Below are positions 17,980 through 27,731 of a stretch of 64,000 nucleotides of DNA, one piece after another; the first letter of the stretch is position 1, and each line of letters starts with the position of its first letter. The notes under the pieces are model-generated. The model made no database searches, was not told where the DNA came from, and saw only the letters and a list, made by a program, of their open reading frames with translations. The stretch is from a virus (Duplodnaviria > Caudoviricetes). Where the stretch lies: the IMG/VR virus record IMGVR_UViG_3300042935_001404. The stretch is one strand, 5' to 3'. The translations under genes were made by a program, and so were the position numbers.

Positions 17980-18973
17980 AAACCTGTTCACTGGCCAAAT
18001 TTTTGCCTTTGGCTTCGCATTGGATATCAAATTGATCAGCAAAGGTCAATGCCCAATCAGTCACAGCGGAATTCCAATAAAAGTCACTGTGGGCTCGCAG
18101 TTTTTGTTTTTTAAAGCCCTGTGCCAACAATGCAGCCATGTCCGGCAACACCGTGGCGTCATGCCCCACCAGATAGTCTTCTCTACTGACTGAATAATGG
18201 AGTGCAGGCCTTACTCCACGCCAGGAATCAATCACACGCGAAACTCTATCGTCGGAGGGTTGAATGTAGTCTCCTGTACGGATCCAGTGATGGTGTATAT
18301 CAAGCACGAGGGCACAGTCTTTGGCAAGTTCAAGACTTGAGTCGATTCCCCAGGCATTTTCGTCGTTTTCGATGGTGATGCAGTTTCTTGCTTCGGGGCT
18401 AAGACGCTGGAGGGCAGAGCGAATACCCTCGGGGCCTTGTTTACCCGAGATGTGTACATTGATTTTAAAGTCTTGAAAAGTTTTGCCGTAGCCCATCCAC
18501 CTGACCATATCTGCATGATATTCAAACTCCTGTATGCTTCTATTTACGATGCCAGGATTCTCACTGGCCAACACACAGAACTGTCCAGGGTGAAAACTCA
18601 ATCTAACATCCAGTCTACGAGCAGTTTCACCAATGGGTGCAAAGATCTTGGCACAATGGTCTTGAATCTCCGGACGTTGCCACCAGTCAATCCAACTGGG
18701 CTCAGTGTAGCCTTGTAGCATTTCGCTACCTAATCGTACCATACGTCGGCCTTCGGGCAAGGTAGCCACACGTTCAATCATCCGCACAGCCGCTGAGGTG
18801 TTGTGATTCATGATATCCCACTGGCGTTGTTCAGCTTCGTCAGCGTGTTCACGAAGCCATCGCATGGTGGTTGATCTGCCGTTTAGGTCACGGTCCACTG
18901 CATTGACTTTCATGCCGCCACATTCTGAGGGGTCATTAAGCCACTTGCAACAAAAGCCAATTCGTTTATTCAT
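17960..18973 (-). CDS. uvsE: UV damage repair endonuclease (UvsE/UVDE)
   Basis: RLSFHPGQFCVLAS, NVHISG, TIENDE, VLDIHHHW, HYSVS, LRAHSD, EAKGK. Confidence 0.93.
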   Translation of the reverse strand: MNKRIGFCCKWLNDPSECGGMKVNAVDRDLNGRSTTMRWLREHADEAEQRQWDIMNHNTSAAVRMIERVATLPEGRRMVRLGSEMLQGYTEPSWIDWWQRPEIQDHCAKIFAPIGETARRLDVRLSFHPGQFCVLASENPGIVNRSIQEFEYHADMVRWMGYGKTFQDFKINVHISGKQGPEGIRSALQRLSPEARNCITIENDENAWGIDSSLELAKDCALVLDIHHHWIRTGDYIQPSDDRVSRVIDSWRGVRPALHYSVSREDYLVGHDATVLPDMAALLAQGFKKQKLRAHSDFYWNSAVTDWALTFADQFDIQCEAKGKNLASEQVYERYIA

Positions 18974-18979
18974 GCTAGT

Positions 18980-19008
18980 ATTATAGCAATAAATCTATTT
19001 GTTGTCAA
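18980..19008 (-). promoter_or_regulatory. sigma70-type promoter of uvsE
   Basis: TTGACA-17-TATAAT, 6 nt before ATG. Confidence 0.85.
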
Positions 19009-19562
19009 GGCTTTAGCAGTTCGATTACATTTTCTAATGTGTCTTTGGTAAGATTTTCAAATTCAGCCAATTCGGGATGGACGTCACCTTCGTGATCAAC
19101 CAACACCCATTGTACTGCCGGATTGCTTGAGATGGCATCTCGGATAAAACGCTGGTAATTTGTTGCTCGATGTGCTGTTAACCGATCTGCACTCTTGGGT
19201 CTTTCGGTCCAGTTGAATCCCAATAGTAGCACAACATCGCTTTGTCCAGACACTAGGTGTATGCTGATCAATTCGTCTTTGTTGTCTATTTCAAAAGTAA
19301 AACTACCTTCATACAGTCGTACCCCTCGGGGGCGATCTAGCTCGGCATAGATTGATGCTGGAACATACATATTGCACATTTCATTCATTTTGCGTTTTAA
19401 CAACTCACGTGCTTTGCCTGCATCATTGCAAACAACATTGTCAGTGCTACACCCACGCCAGGTGCGCCAGCCACCCCAGATGGCAGCAATGTCTTTGAGC
19501 ACAGTGACATCAACGTCTGGTGGTAACGCAGTGGAGTCTGCTACAACCCAATTGATTCTCAT
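19005..19562 (-). CDS. Rossmann-like protein resembling MptE/Maf (DUF115) transferase-fold proteins
   Basis: WVVA...IWG...DNVVCND...VVLLLGFN pattern; weak. Confidence 0.4.
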   Translation of the reverse strand: MRINWVVADSTALPPDVDVTVLKDIAAIWGGWRTWRGCSTDNVVCNDAGKARELLKRKMNEMCNMYVPASIYAELDRPRGVRLYEGSFTFEIDNKDELISIHLVSGQSDVVLLLGFNWTERPKSADRLTAHRATNYQRFIRDAISSNPAVQWVLVDHEGDVHPELAEFENLTKDTLENVIELLKP

Positions 19563-20854
19563 TCAACAGCCTTTAGTGTTTTCCATTTGTAGTTGCCCAG
19601 ACACACCCAGGCAAAGGCACCATTGGGCATAGGATCAGCATTGAACACAATGTCGCCCTTGGTTCCGGAATAGTTGGGAACTGTTGTTCCGTGTCCTATC
19701 ATGTACTGTGCCACACGCAATTTTTTAACAGCAGTTATGCCATCTGTTCCAATGGTCAGTTGAGGTAATTTATTAACACCAATGTTCAGTGCTTGGTCGC
19801 GACTGGTGCCAATGTAGGCTTCTTGATTTTTGTACTTGCCCGCAGATATACTAATTTCTTCGTCCCAGACATTCAGAGCAGAGTCTGGATGTTCTGTATT
19901 AATGCCCAGCCGCTTTTTAACCACCACGACAGTTTCGTTTAAACTGGTTTCGCCTTCGACTATTAGGTCTCGAAGGCGACCTACTTTTTGCAAGTTACTT
20001 TGTGTGATAGTTCGTGCCAACTGATTGCCAGCAACCAATGGGTGATCATCCACTGTGACATTGTCAAATTTAATACCGGTCTTTTTAATTTCTTCCGCGA
20101 CCTGCTCGACCAACCGATCTTTCCAGTCTTGATCCAGTTGTTTCAATGTCTTGGCACTTATGTCAGCTGCCAACACATTCCAACTTTGATTGTCTGTGTT
20201 GATAGATCCTGTGACTGCCAGGTCCTTGACTGTGACTGAATCTACAAACTTGGCAGCACGAGCAGTCAATGTGTTTTCAACCACTGTTGTTTCGTCTAAA
20301 ATTGTCAACTGGCAAGATGTAGCACGATCATCAATGCCTGTACTGGAAAAATTGTTTAACAATTCAATTTTTAATTTGGCCATATTTTCATCTACACGCT
20401 GATGAATAACAGTATTGATATCAATCGACCCAATGGTTGCTACTGTGCGGTGCACTACCATTTGATTAAGCGTTTTTTCAATCTTTTCTAACCATACCAC
20501 GTCCGTGAACAATTCTGTAACTGCGATTCGTGTGATACGATCTACTTCTTGGTCAACAGTGGTCTTAATGAGATTGTTGTTGACAAACTGTGCAACGCCA
20601 GGAACTGTGCCTGCGGCAAATAACTCAGCAACCGTGGTTTTAACAGCTTCAAGGATTTCAGGCATGGTTGTTGAGTTGGCAAATTTTGAAAGTATACGAT
20701 CTTGTGTGTACTTTAATATCTTATCTTCAAGGGGTTTGGACCACTCAGTTGATGTAAGCACTCCGTACACATGATCATTGACTGTTTCAGCAATTTGCTG
20801 TTCTATCATGCGTGTTATTACATCAGTATCAATCATGTTTTCTCCGTGTGTCAA
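19559..20854 (-). CDS. Probable virion fibre protein (coiled-coil N-terminus, fibre-like C-terminus)
   Basis: SNLQKVGRL, RLGINTEHP, GTKGDIVFN...AWVC fibre-type motifs. Confidence 0.55.
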   Translation of the reverse strand: MTHGENMIDTDVITRMIEQQIAETVNDHVYGVLTSTEWSKPLEDKILKYTQDRILSKFANSTTMPEILEAVKTTVAELFAAGTVPGVAQFVNNNLIKTTVDQEVDRITRIAVTELFTDVVWLEKIEKTLNQMVVHRTVATIGSIDINTVIHQRVDENMAKLKIELLNNFSSTGIDDRATSCQLTILDETTVVENTLTARAAKFVDSVTVKDLAVTGSINTDNQSWNVLAADISAKTLKQLDQDWKDRLVEQVAEEIKKTGIKFDNVTVDDHPLVAGNQLARTITQSNLQKVGRLRDLIVEGETSLNETVVVVKKRLGINTEHPDSALNVWDEEISISAGKYKNQEAYIGTSRDQALNIGVNKLPQLTIGTDGITAVKKLRVAQYMIGHGTTVPNYSGTKGDIVFNADPMPNGAFAWVCLGNYKWKTLKAVE

Positions 20855-21746
20855 GTGTTACACAATGAAACCCACCGCCCAATGTACGGCTATGGCTTAG
20901 CGTATGAGGTATAGCATCAATGCCTTTTGACTTTAATATAGTAATTAGTGCTGTTTGTGCGGCATCTACAATAACTGTTTCAGGATCCAGCACCAACATA
21001 TTCATGGCAATCCATTTGGACGCATACGGATATTGATAAAATCCTTGCGGCACTACGTCGTTGATGTAGATCTTTTCCCAGGAATCAAACGCCGCTGGGC
21101 AGTTTGATTCAGTTACACGACTGGCGTTCAACAATACCAATCCTTCCCGCACAGGCACAATAGTACTGTCAATGTGTACGCCTGAATAAAAATTGCACAA
21201 CTCAATGTCAATGTCAGGGAATTGATTGCACAACCAATCATATGCGGCCATGTTGCCACTGTGACTTTGTAGGTACAACCAAGTGTCCCCTAGTCTACAC
21301 ACGTTGGCAGCATCTAAAATCATGTCTTGATCCCGGGGCATTGTTAACACTTTTTTAGCTTGGCGTATGATTTGTTGCAGTGCTTCGGTTTCTTGATTGC
21401 GGCAAGGATACATCATGTTTACATCAACCACAGTGTCGCCTGCCACCAATAATCTATCACGTGGACAATAGTTGTACATTCCATCTAGTTCAACAAAGTC
21501 CATTGGTTTAGGTCTGTAAACCACTGCACCATAATCAACCAGTATCTCTGTTAACTGATCAAGTTCCGCATTGGCTTCTTCAACAATCCATTCGGGCACA
21601 GACCCAGCTGGCACAGGTGTTTCGGTCCAGGATGTTTTAGACGATTCTATAGCAAACACAGGATCATTGCTGGGCCAATTGGCGTTGGTTGCACTGCCAA
21701 CCACTATGGCTTCCAGTGGATCCCATTCGTTACGACTGTCTATCAT
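20829..21746 (-). CDS. Amidinotransferase (StrB1 / glycine amidinotransferase family)
   Basis: NEWDPLEAIVVG, CPRD, DAAN, HIDST, GGGFHCVTLD catalytic motifs. Confidence 0.9.
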   Translation of the reverse strand: MIDSRNEWDPLEAIVVGSATNANWPSNDPVFAIESSKTSWTETPVPAGSVPEWIVEEANAELDQLTEILVDYGAVVYRPKPMDFVELDGMYNYCPRDRLLVAGDTVVDVNMMYPCRNQETEALQQIIRQAKKVLTMPRDQDMILDAANVCRLGDTWLYLQSHSGNMAAYDWLCNQFPDIDIELCNFYSGVHIDSTIVPVREGLVLLNASRVTESNCPAAFDSWEKIYINDVVPQGFYQYPYASKWIAMNMLVLDPETVIVDAAQTALITILKSKGIDAIPHTLSHSRTLGGGFHCVTLDTRRKHD

Positions 21747-22258
21747 AGGTGCCCTGTTATTTGCAAGGTATACCGATCTTCAAGTCCAATATTGGCAGCC
21801 ATGTGCGGTGCATCATACACCCACTCTGACGTTTGTCCTGCTTTCCAGTTAACATACGGAACACCATCTACTTCCAGATAGTGCCCAGGCTTCCAGTCTT
21901 CTAACAACACCAATGCTCGACGTATCGACTTCTCGCGACCTTGCAAATTAAACAGTTCAATATAACGTTTATACAGGTCTCTATGTACCGGCATAACTGT
22001 GCCTGTGGGCATACGATAAAATGCCAGACCAATATCTTGCCATCCTTGTGCTCGATACATATCTATAAACTTTGGTGCCCAGTCTGGAAGTCTATGCCGC
22101 ATGTCACATAGTTCGCCACAAATTTTACTTTGGTATCCCTGGGTTTGCCACAATTCTAAACTTGCAGGATCATTGAAAGGCTCTCGAATGTAATCTAGTG
22201 TTTTAAATTCTTCGTCCCAGAATTTATATAACTGGTATTTCCGTGGATTGTATATCAT
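21743..22258 (-). CDS. Cupin/2OG-Fe(II) oxygenase (Asp/Asn hydroxylase-like)
   Basis: MPVHRD (HxD), PHMAANIG...RYTLQI. Confidence 0.7.
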   Translation of the reverse strand: MIYNPRKYQLYKFWDEEFKTLDYIREPFNDPASLELWQTQGYQSKICGELCDMRHRLPDWAPKFIDMYRAQGWQDIGLAFYRMPTGTVMPVHRDLYKRYIELFNLQGREKSIRRALVLLEDWKPGHYLEVDGVPYVNWKAGQTSEWVYDAPHMAANIGLEDRYTLQITGHL

Positions 22259-23499
22259 TTTGTATTGCGTGTGTTTCCGTAGTGTATCACTTTGATGTCA
22301 GGTGTTGTTTCTACTAACGTGCGCCACGGATCAACAACAACACTGCCTTTGGGTATGTTGCAATAGAATCCATCCTTGACTGCGTTTCCGGTGTAGCCGT
22401 ATGTTACCTGTCGATTGTGGGCCAGCAACAGCACACAAGGACCAATCAACTCCGACACTACTTCTGCTGGATCATCTGCTAGAGGATCAACATATCTAAC
22501 ATTAAATCCAGATTCTTTTACAAAATGCCCAATCAACGTTGAGTATGATCCGATGCAGTAGGCAACATCTGGCTTGTAGGCTTTGCCATGAATTACAATG
22601 CTCATGCCGCGTTCTTTTGCTGTGTCTGCTAAAAACTTAGCAAGATTTTTTGCTTGTATTTCTCGAGCATGCATGATGGTATCAAACATGTCATAGCCAA
22701 GATCATATTCTTCCGCCAACCAACGTAGTGCAATGTTGTCTCTGGGATGACAAGCACCTGCATCGCCCATGCCTGCTGTCATGTATTTGGGACCCATGAT
22801 ACGCATGGTTGAACGAGCCAATGCATTTGTGACCACATCCACATTGATGTTGCCAATCTTCATGGCAAAGTCCTGTATCATGTTTGCCAGTCCAATCTTG
22901 GCCGAAATAAATGTGTTGTAAAAGATCTTAATTGCTTCGCATTCGTCCCAGGTGCCAATTTCGTAGCGTGGGTTGTTTTGCATAACTTGATTGTAGATAT
23001 CTACCAACTCACTGGCCAGGGCGTTTGGATTGCCGTCTTCGGTGCCAATCATGATCATTTCTGGGTTGACCATATCCCATTTAACTGATCCCATGGCAAT
23101 CAAGTAAGGGTTATATAAGAACTGATGCTGTTTATCCAGCAATGGTACAAAGTATTTGCGAGTGGTACCGGGTAATACTGTGGAAATCAACACAACTTTC
23201 TTAGGTGATGTGGCATACCGGTTGATGTTTGTAATGGCTTCCTTGACTGCATCATGTCCAAAATCTCGTGGAGTCAAATGACTGGAGGGAGTGCTGCCGT
23301 CATAACCCTCGGCGTGTGGGGTAGGCACAGCAACAAAAATCCACTCACTTTTGTTTATGGTTTCTTCAATCGTGCAAACTTGTACCAGGTCACTGGTTCT
23401 TGGGCTTATGTCGTAGCCTCGCACTGTAAACTTTTCTGCCAGCACTTCTGCACATTCCAGACCTAATTTTCCAATGCCAATGAAGCCTATATTTTTCAT
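22255..23499 (-). CDS. UDP-glucose/GDP-mannose 6-dehydrogenase family protein
   Basis: GFIGIGKLG, FVAVPTP, STVLPGTT, YNPY, EAIKIFYNTF, GACHPRD, GKAYKP. Confidence 0.92.
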   Translation of the reverse strand: MKNIGFIGIGKLGLECAEVLAEKFTVRGYDISPRTSDLVQVCTIEETINKSEWIFVAVPTPHAEGYDGSTPSSHLTPRDFGHDAVKEAITNINRYATSPKKVVLISTVLPGTTRKYFVPLLDKQHQFLYNPYLIAMGSVKWDMVNPEMIMIGTEDGNPNALASELVDIYNQVMQNNPRYEIGTWDECEAIKIFYNTFISAKIGLANMIQDFAMKIGNINVDVVTNALARSTMRIMGPKYMTAGMGDAGACHPRDNIALRWLAEEYDLGYDMFDTIMHAREIQAKNLAKFLADTAKERGMSIVIHGKAYKPDVAYCIGSYSTLIGHFVKESGFNVRYVDPLADDPAEVVSELIGPCVLLLAHNRQVTYGYTGNAVKDGFYCNIPKGSVVVDPWRTLVETTPDIKVIHYGNTRNTK

Positions 23500-23690
23500 A
23501 TTATGAGTATTCTTTCGGATAGATTGTGTTCTTATGTTCTTTATACAGAACAATTTTATTGATTGTGTATTAATTTATCGGCTTACAGTACCATGCCCAA
23601 AAAAAAGTAAACGAGTTTATCTATACCTACTGAATTTTATTGCTGTAGAGCAATAAATATTCGGATAATAATAACTATAAAGGTGATAGC

Positions 23691-24806
23691 ATGAGTAAGA
23701 GACTAATTATGGGCCTAGCCAGCCTTGTTTTAGTAATGTCTGCAACGGCACAAACAACCACTACGTCTGGCACAACCGGTGGAACAACCACAGGCACAAG
23801 TACACTGATCAATCAAGGTACCTACGACTCCAAGACTTTGGTTGATACCAACAGCACCAGCAATAGTACCAGCACAGTTACTTCAAATAGCAATACTAAT
23901 AGCAACAGCAACAGCACCAGCACAGCCGCGGTCAACAGTACCAGCAACAATACCAACACCAACACCAGTGTAAACACAAATAACAACATCAACTCTGGTA
24001 CCAGTACAGTTAACAACAACAACGTTAACTCAGGCACAATGACCTACAACAACAACAATGTCAACTCGGGCACAATGACCTATAACAACAACAATGTCAA
24101 CGCCAGTACAAGTACCAATGTAAACACAAACAATAATATTAACTCAGGCACAATGACCTACAACAACAACAACGTCAGCACTGCCACTAACAACAACAAC
24201 AATGTCAGCACCAGCACAGCCACCAACAACAACATCAACACTGGCGACATGACCAACCGCAATATCAACACGTCAACCAGTACCAGCAACAATGTCAACA
24301 ACAATGTGAACTCTAGCACCGCAGTCAATCAAAATGTACAAACAGGTGATATGACCAACCGCAATATCAACGAAAGCACAATCACACAACGAGTGATTCA
24401 ACCCCCTCCGACTGCTGTAGCACCTGCCATGCTGAGCGGCGGCAATGCTGACCTATGTAGTACTGGTAGTTCCGGATCGGTACAAACACAAGTGTTTGGT
24501 GTTAGTTCGGGCGGCACAGTGCGTGACATGAATTGCGAACGATTAAAGTTATCTAAAACACTATATGACATGGGTATGAAGGTTGCGGCAGTTGCTACTA
24601 TGTGTCAAGACCGTCGTGTGTTTGATGCCATGCTGGCAGCTGGTACACCTTGCCCTTATGAAGGCAAAATTGGTGAACAAGCCAAAGCAAGTTGGGAAGC
24701 TAATCCGCATAAGATTCCAAAGTTGGATGAGGTAAAATTAGATGACACTTATAAGAAAGTTGGCATTGGCGCTATCCTTGGCGTTCTTGTCCACAAATTA
24801 TTCTAA
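23691..24806 (+). CDS. Exported Asn/Thr-repeat protein with Cys-rich C-terminal domain
   Basis: Signal peptide; NNNNVNSGTMTY repeats; C...CERLKLS...MCQD...TPCP. Confidence 0.8.
   Translation: MSKRLIMGLASLVLVMSATAQTTTTSGTTGGTTTGTSTLINQGTYDSKTLVDTNSTSNSTSTVTSNSNTNSNSNSTSTAAVNSTSNNTNTNTSVNTNNNINSGTSTVNNNNVNSGTMTYNNNNVNSGTMTYNNNNVNASTSTNVNTNNNINSGTMTYNNNNVSTATNNNNNVSTSTATNNNINTGDMTNRNINTSTSTSNNVNNNVNSSTAVNQNVQTGDMTNRNINESTITQRVIQPPPTAVAPAMLSGGNADLCSTGSSGSVQTQVFGVSSGGTVRDMNCERLKLSKTLYDMGMKVAAVATMCQDRRVFDAMLAAGTPCPYEGKIGEQAKASWEANPHKIPKLDEVKLDDTYKKVGIGAILGVLVHKLF
23980..24370 (+). repeat. In-frame tandem repeats (36-nt unit, poly-AAC)
   Basis: AACTCAGGCACAATGACCTACAACAACAAC-like units; second family GACATGACCAACCGCAATATCAAC x2. 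Confidence 0.85.
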
Positions 24807-26970
24807 CGCACAAGACATATCCACTACCGGTAATTTAATAAATTACGGTACTGCACCTACGAGTACAACCAGTACCTGGAACAATGGTGTGTATGTCAAT
24901 CAACTGTGCTTTTATGCCGGCGAGCCAGGCAACTGCGGACCTAACCCTAGTATTATCCCTGGAGGTCGCATTCACTTCAGTTACGGAACCGCCGACCTTA
25001 ATCAAGTTATCAACATAAACACAGCACTGTCTGCAGGAGGTACAGGTGTACAACTTGCTGGATTTACCTACAGCCTTTGGGCCAAGAACGGCAATGGATG
25101 GGATGATGCTAGACAAGATTATCTAGCCGCTTATGTAAAACTATACGGTTCAGGCGGCAACCTGATAGCAAACTATGATTACTCTGCGGCAACCAATAAC
25201 AAATACAACTGGACTAACTTTACATTTTCTGAAACATTTGCTAGTCCCTATATTGCGTCAACACTAAGCACAGCACAGGTGGGCATGATAGGTAGAGATA
25301 ATAATTTTTGGGCAGGCAACTATGGTCCAGAAGTTTTTGATGTGGATTTTCGTTTAAAATACAAAGTTGATCCTTGTGCAACAAATCCAGCATACAGTTC
25401 AACTTGTGCAGGATTTGGTAGCATTCTTAACACCAACAACTTATTGGATTCAACTAAAGGTGGTAGTTCTCTAAATCAAGCATTTGCTATTAACACCGCA
25501 TTACAAAGTGCCGGAGTTGGTGCAATGATTCATGGATTCAACTACGGATTCAATTGGAGAGTTGGGCAAGGTTTTTCTGGATGTACTGCTTGGAATCAAG
25601 ATGGGTCATGTAGTTGGACCATGAACATACCTGCGTATGCCAATGCCACAGTGTCACTTACAAACAGTAGCAACCAGTCTATACATTCAAAGAGTTATAG
25701 TTTTACAGGTGATGGTACTAGTGGTTCAGTGAGTGACAAGTTTTTGTTACCATCTAGCATGAATCAATCCATGTTGGGCACAGGTAGAATTGTAGGGTCA
25801 GCATCAGGCACAGGTTCTTCCGTAGAAGGTGCCTGGGCAACAATGATTTATACTGCTGATCCTTGTGTGGCCAATCCTTTATACAGTTCAAATTGTAAGG
25901 GGTTTGCATTTGCTATGGCCAAGCAAGCGTCGGCAGCAAACAATACCGCACCAGTTGCACCTGATGGCACACAGATGCAGGATGCTCCGCCTCCGAGCGG
26001 ACCACCTCCTCCACCACCGGGTAGTCCTTCCCCGCCACCACCGGGTTCAGAGCCACCACCGGGTAGTCCACCTCCTCCGCAAGGTGCACAACAACCTGCT
26101 GCCGGCAATCCCAATGGCACACCAGCAAATCAACCTCCTCCGCCGGGCGGCGGCAGTAGTCAACCACGAGCAGGCGAAGTTAAAACAGCCAGCGATAGCA
26201 ACAGCAAGTCGGCTCCCAGTCTAGGCAGTGTTATGAGCATGATCAGCACCAATCAAGCCAGAATAGGCAACGAAGCAAAGTCTGTTGTGCAAGCCGCAGA
26301 AACAGCCGCTGCCAAAGATGCACAACAAGCACAACAACAAGCAGAGACCGTAGCTGGCGCACTCACTGCTCAAAGCATTGCTGGTAGCATGACACAGGCC
26401 AGCACAGGCACAGGGCTAGTGGTATCCAGCAGTCAATCACAAATGTCCGTGGTAAATGTGACCAGTGTGTCGCAAACCAGTGTGGTCACCATTGGCGGCT
26501 TACGCCCAGCAACAACAAGTATATTTGCTGATCCTAACATTTCTTTGTCATCAAGCATGATACCGAGCCAATTTGATATGTACAGTTTGCAATCAGCACT
26601 GGGGCGCAACAACACACAACCAGAAACAGAAACACCACAGATTGAAGGTATCAAAATTGGCGGCCGTTCTGCACTAAATGATGCCATGGAACAGCGTCCG
26701 ATATTACCAAGTGCTACTGCACAAGAACAGCGTACAGACTCGGTAAACAAAAATGTACAGTCAAATGAACTAGCCGGCGGGGTTGACCTAAGTAGAATGG
26801 CTATCCAGCCTGCAGGTTATCAAGCATACTCAATGATCATGCCTGATGTGGCGTTTTATGCACCACGAGAAATATACCGGAATCAAGTCAATGTTGACAA
26901 TACAAGATTATTGCGTCAATTGTCAAGTGATCGATTACACCAAGACCTGGTAAATCTACAATACAAATAA
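24742..26970 (+). CDS. Large exported protein with Pro-rich linker
   Basis: Signal peptide; two DPCxxNPxYSxxC repeats; PPPPPPGS tract. Confidence 0.8.
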   Translation: MTLIRKLALALSLAFLSTNYSNAQDISTTGNLINYGTAPTSTTSTWNNGVYVNQLCFYAGEPGNCGPNPSIIPGGRIHFSYGTADLNQVININTALSAGGTGVQLAGFTYSLWAKNGNGWDDARQDYLAAYVKLYGSGGNLIANYDYSAATNNKYNWTNFTFSETFASPYIASTLSTAQVGMIGRDNNFWAGNYGPEVFDVDFRLKYKVDPCATNPAYSSTCAGFGSILNTNNLLDSTKGGSSLNQAFAINTALQSAGVGAMIHGFNYGFNWRVGQGFSGCTAWNQDGSCSWTMNIPAYANATVSLTNSSNQSIHSKSYSFTGDGTSGSVSDKFLLPSSMNQSMLGTGRIVGSASGTGSSVEGAWATMIYTADPCVANPLYSSNCKGFAFAMAKQASAANNTAPVAPDGTQMQDAPPPSGPPPPPPGSPSPPPPGSEPPPGSPPPPQGAQQPAAGNPNGTPANQPPPPGGGSSQPRAGEVKTASDSNSKSAPSLGSVMSMISTNQARIGNEAKSVVQAAETAAAKDAQQAQQQAETVAGALTAQSIAGSMTQASTGTGLVVSSSQSQMSVVNVTSVSQTSVVTIGGLRPATTSIFADPNISLSSSMIPSQFDMYSLQSALGRNNTQPETETPQIEGIKIGGRSALNDAMEQRPILPSATAQEQRTDSVNKNVQSNELAGGVDLSRMAIQPAGYQAYSMIMPDVAFYAPREIYRNQVNVDNTRLLRQLSSDRLHQDLVNLQYK

Positions 26971-26980
26971 GGAGAAAAAA

Positions 26981-27568
26981 ATGGCAGAAGAAATAAAAAA
27001 CGTAAATGCAAAGGTTGACGAACTAGAAGCAGCCGCTAAAAAGTACGCATCAAAAGATACTGTTATCAGTATTGGTGGCTATGAATTTACACCAGCCAAA
27101 CTGATGGTAGCATTTACCATTGTGAGTAGTATACTGGGCGGACTTTATGGTTCGTTTGAAGTGTACAAAGACTATGTGGGCATGAAGAAAAAGATTGCCG
27201 AATATTCTGCGCCAGACTTGAGTGGCTTTGACAAACGACTGGCAGTGATCGAAGAGAATAGTGCCAAGACTAGTGACTATACTCGCGATATCAAAACTGA
27301 TTTGAAGAATGATCTACGTCGTAATGAGTCTGTGACTGAACAGGTAGAACGCAGTGTTAAAACAGCACAGCGTGAAACGGAAGCAGAAATGCGTGACATG
27401 CGCAAGGCAGTGCGTGAGGACCTAGAAAAAGCACGTAACGAAGCCAGTGTTATTCGTAGAGAAATGGCCGATGCACGTAGAGAGATTGAACGTGAAGTTG
27501 TTCAGTTGAAAAAAGAAGTTGATAGCAAAATACAAAAGGCCATTGATAATCCATTGGCCAACAAGTAA
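26981..27568 (+). CDS. Single-TM coiled-coil protein
   Basis: One TM then long heptad-rich region; AGGAG RBS. Confidence 0.75.
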   Translation: MAEEIKNVNAKVDELEAAAKKYASKDTVISIGGYEFTPAKLMVAFTIVSSILGGLYGSFEVYKDYVGMKKKIAEYSAPDLSGFDKRLAVIEENSAKTSDYTRDIKTDLKNDLRRNESVTEQVERSVKTAQRETEAEMRDMRKAVREDLEKARNEASVIRREMADARREIEREVVQLKKEVDSKIQKAIDNPLANK

Positions 27569-27569
27569 C

Positions 27570-27731
27570 ATGTTCAACGCCATTGGCTCATTGATGTTGG
27601 CAGGCATGCTGGCTCAAGAGCCAAGGTGCGTAAAATGGACCTGGTCCGGTGATGTGTACAATCGCCGAGTTGTGTGCTTGGAATGGTCCAAGCCTCCTCT
27701 TAAAGATAAAAAGGATCCAAAAAAAACATGA
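27570..27731 (+). CDS. Small exported protein with two Cys
   Basis: MFNAIGSLMLAGMLAQEPRCVKWTW...VCLEW. Confidence 0.55.
   Translation: MFNAIGSLMLAGMLAQEPRCVKWTWSGDVYNRRVVCLEWSKPPLKDKKDPKKT

Noticed and set aside
23980-24370. Tandem repeats as a CRISPR array
   Set aside because: Units are in-frame, degenerate, coding and lack unique spacers or cas genes
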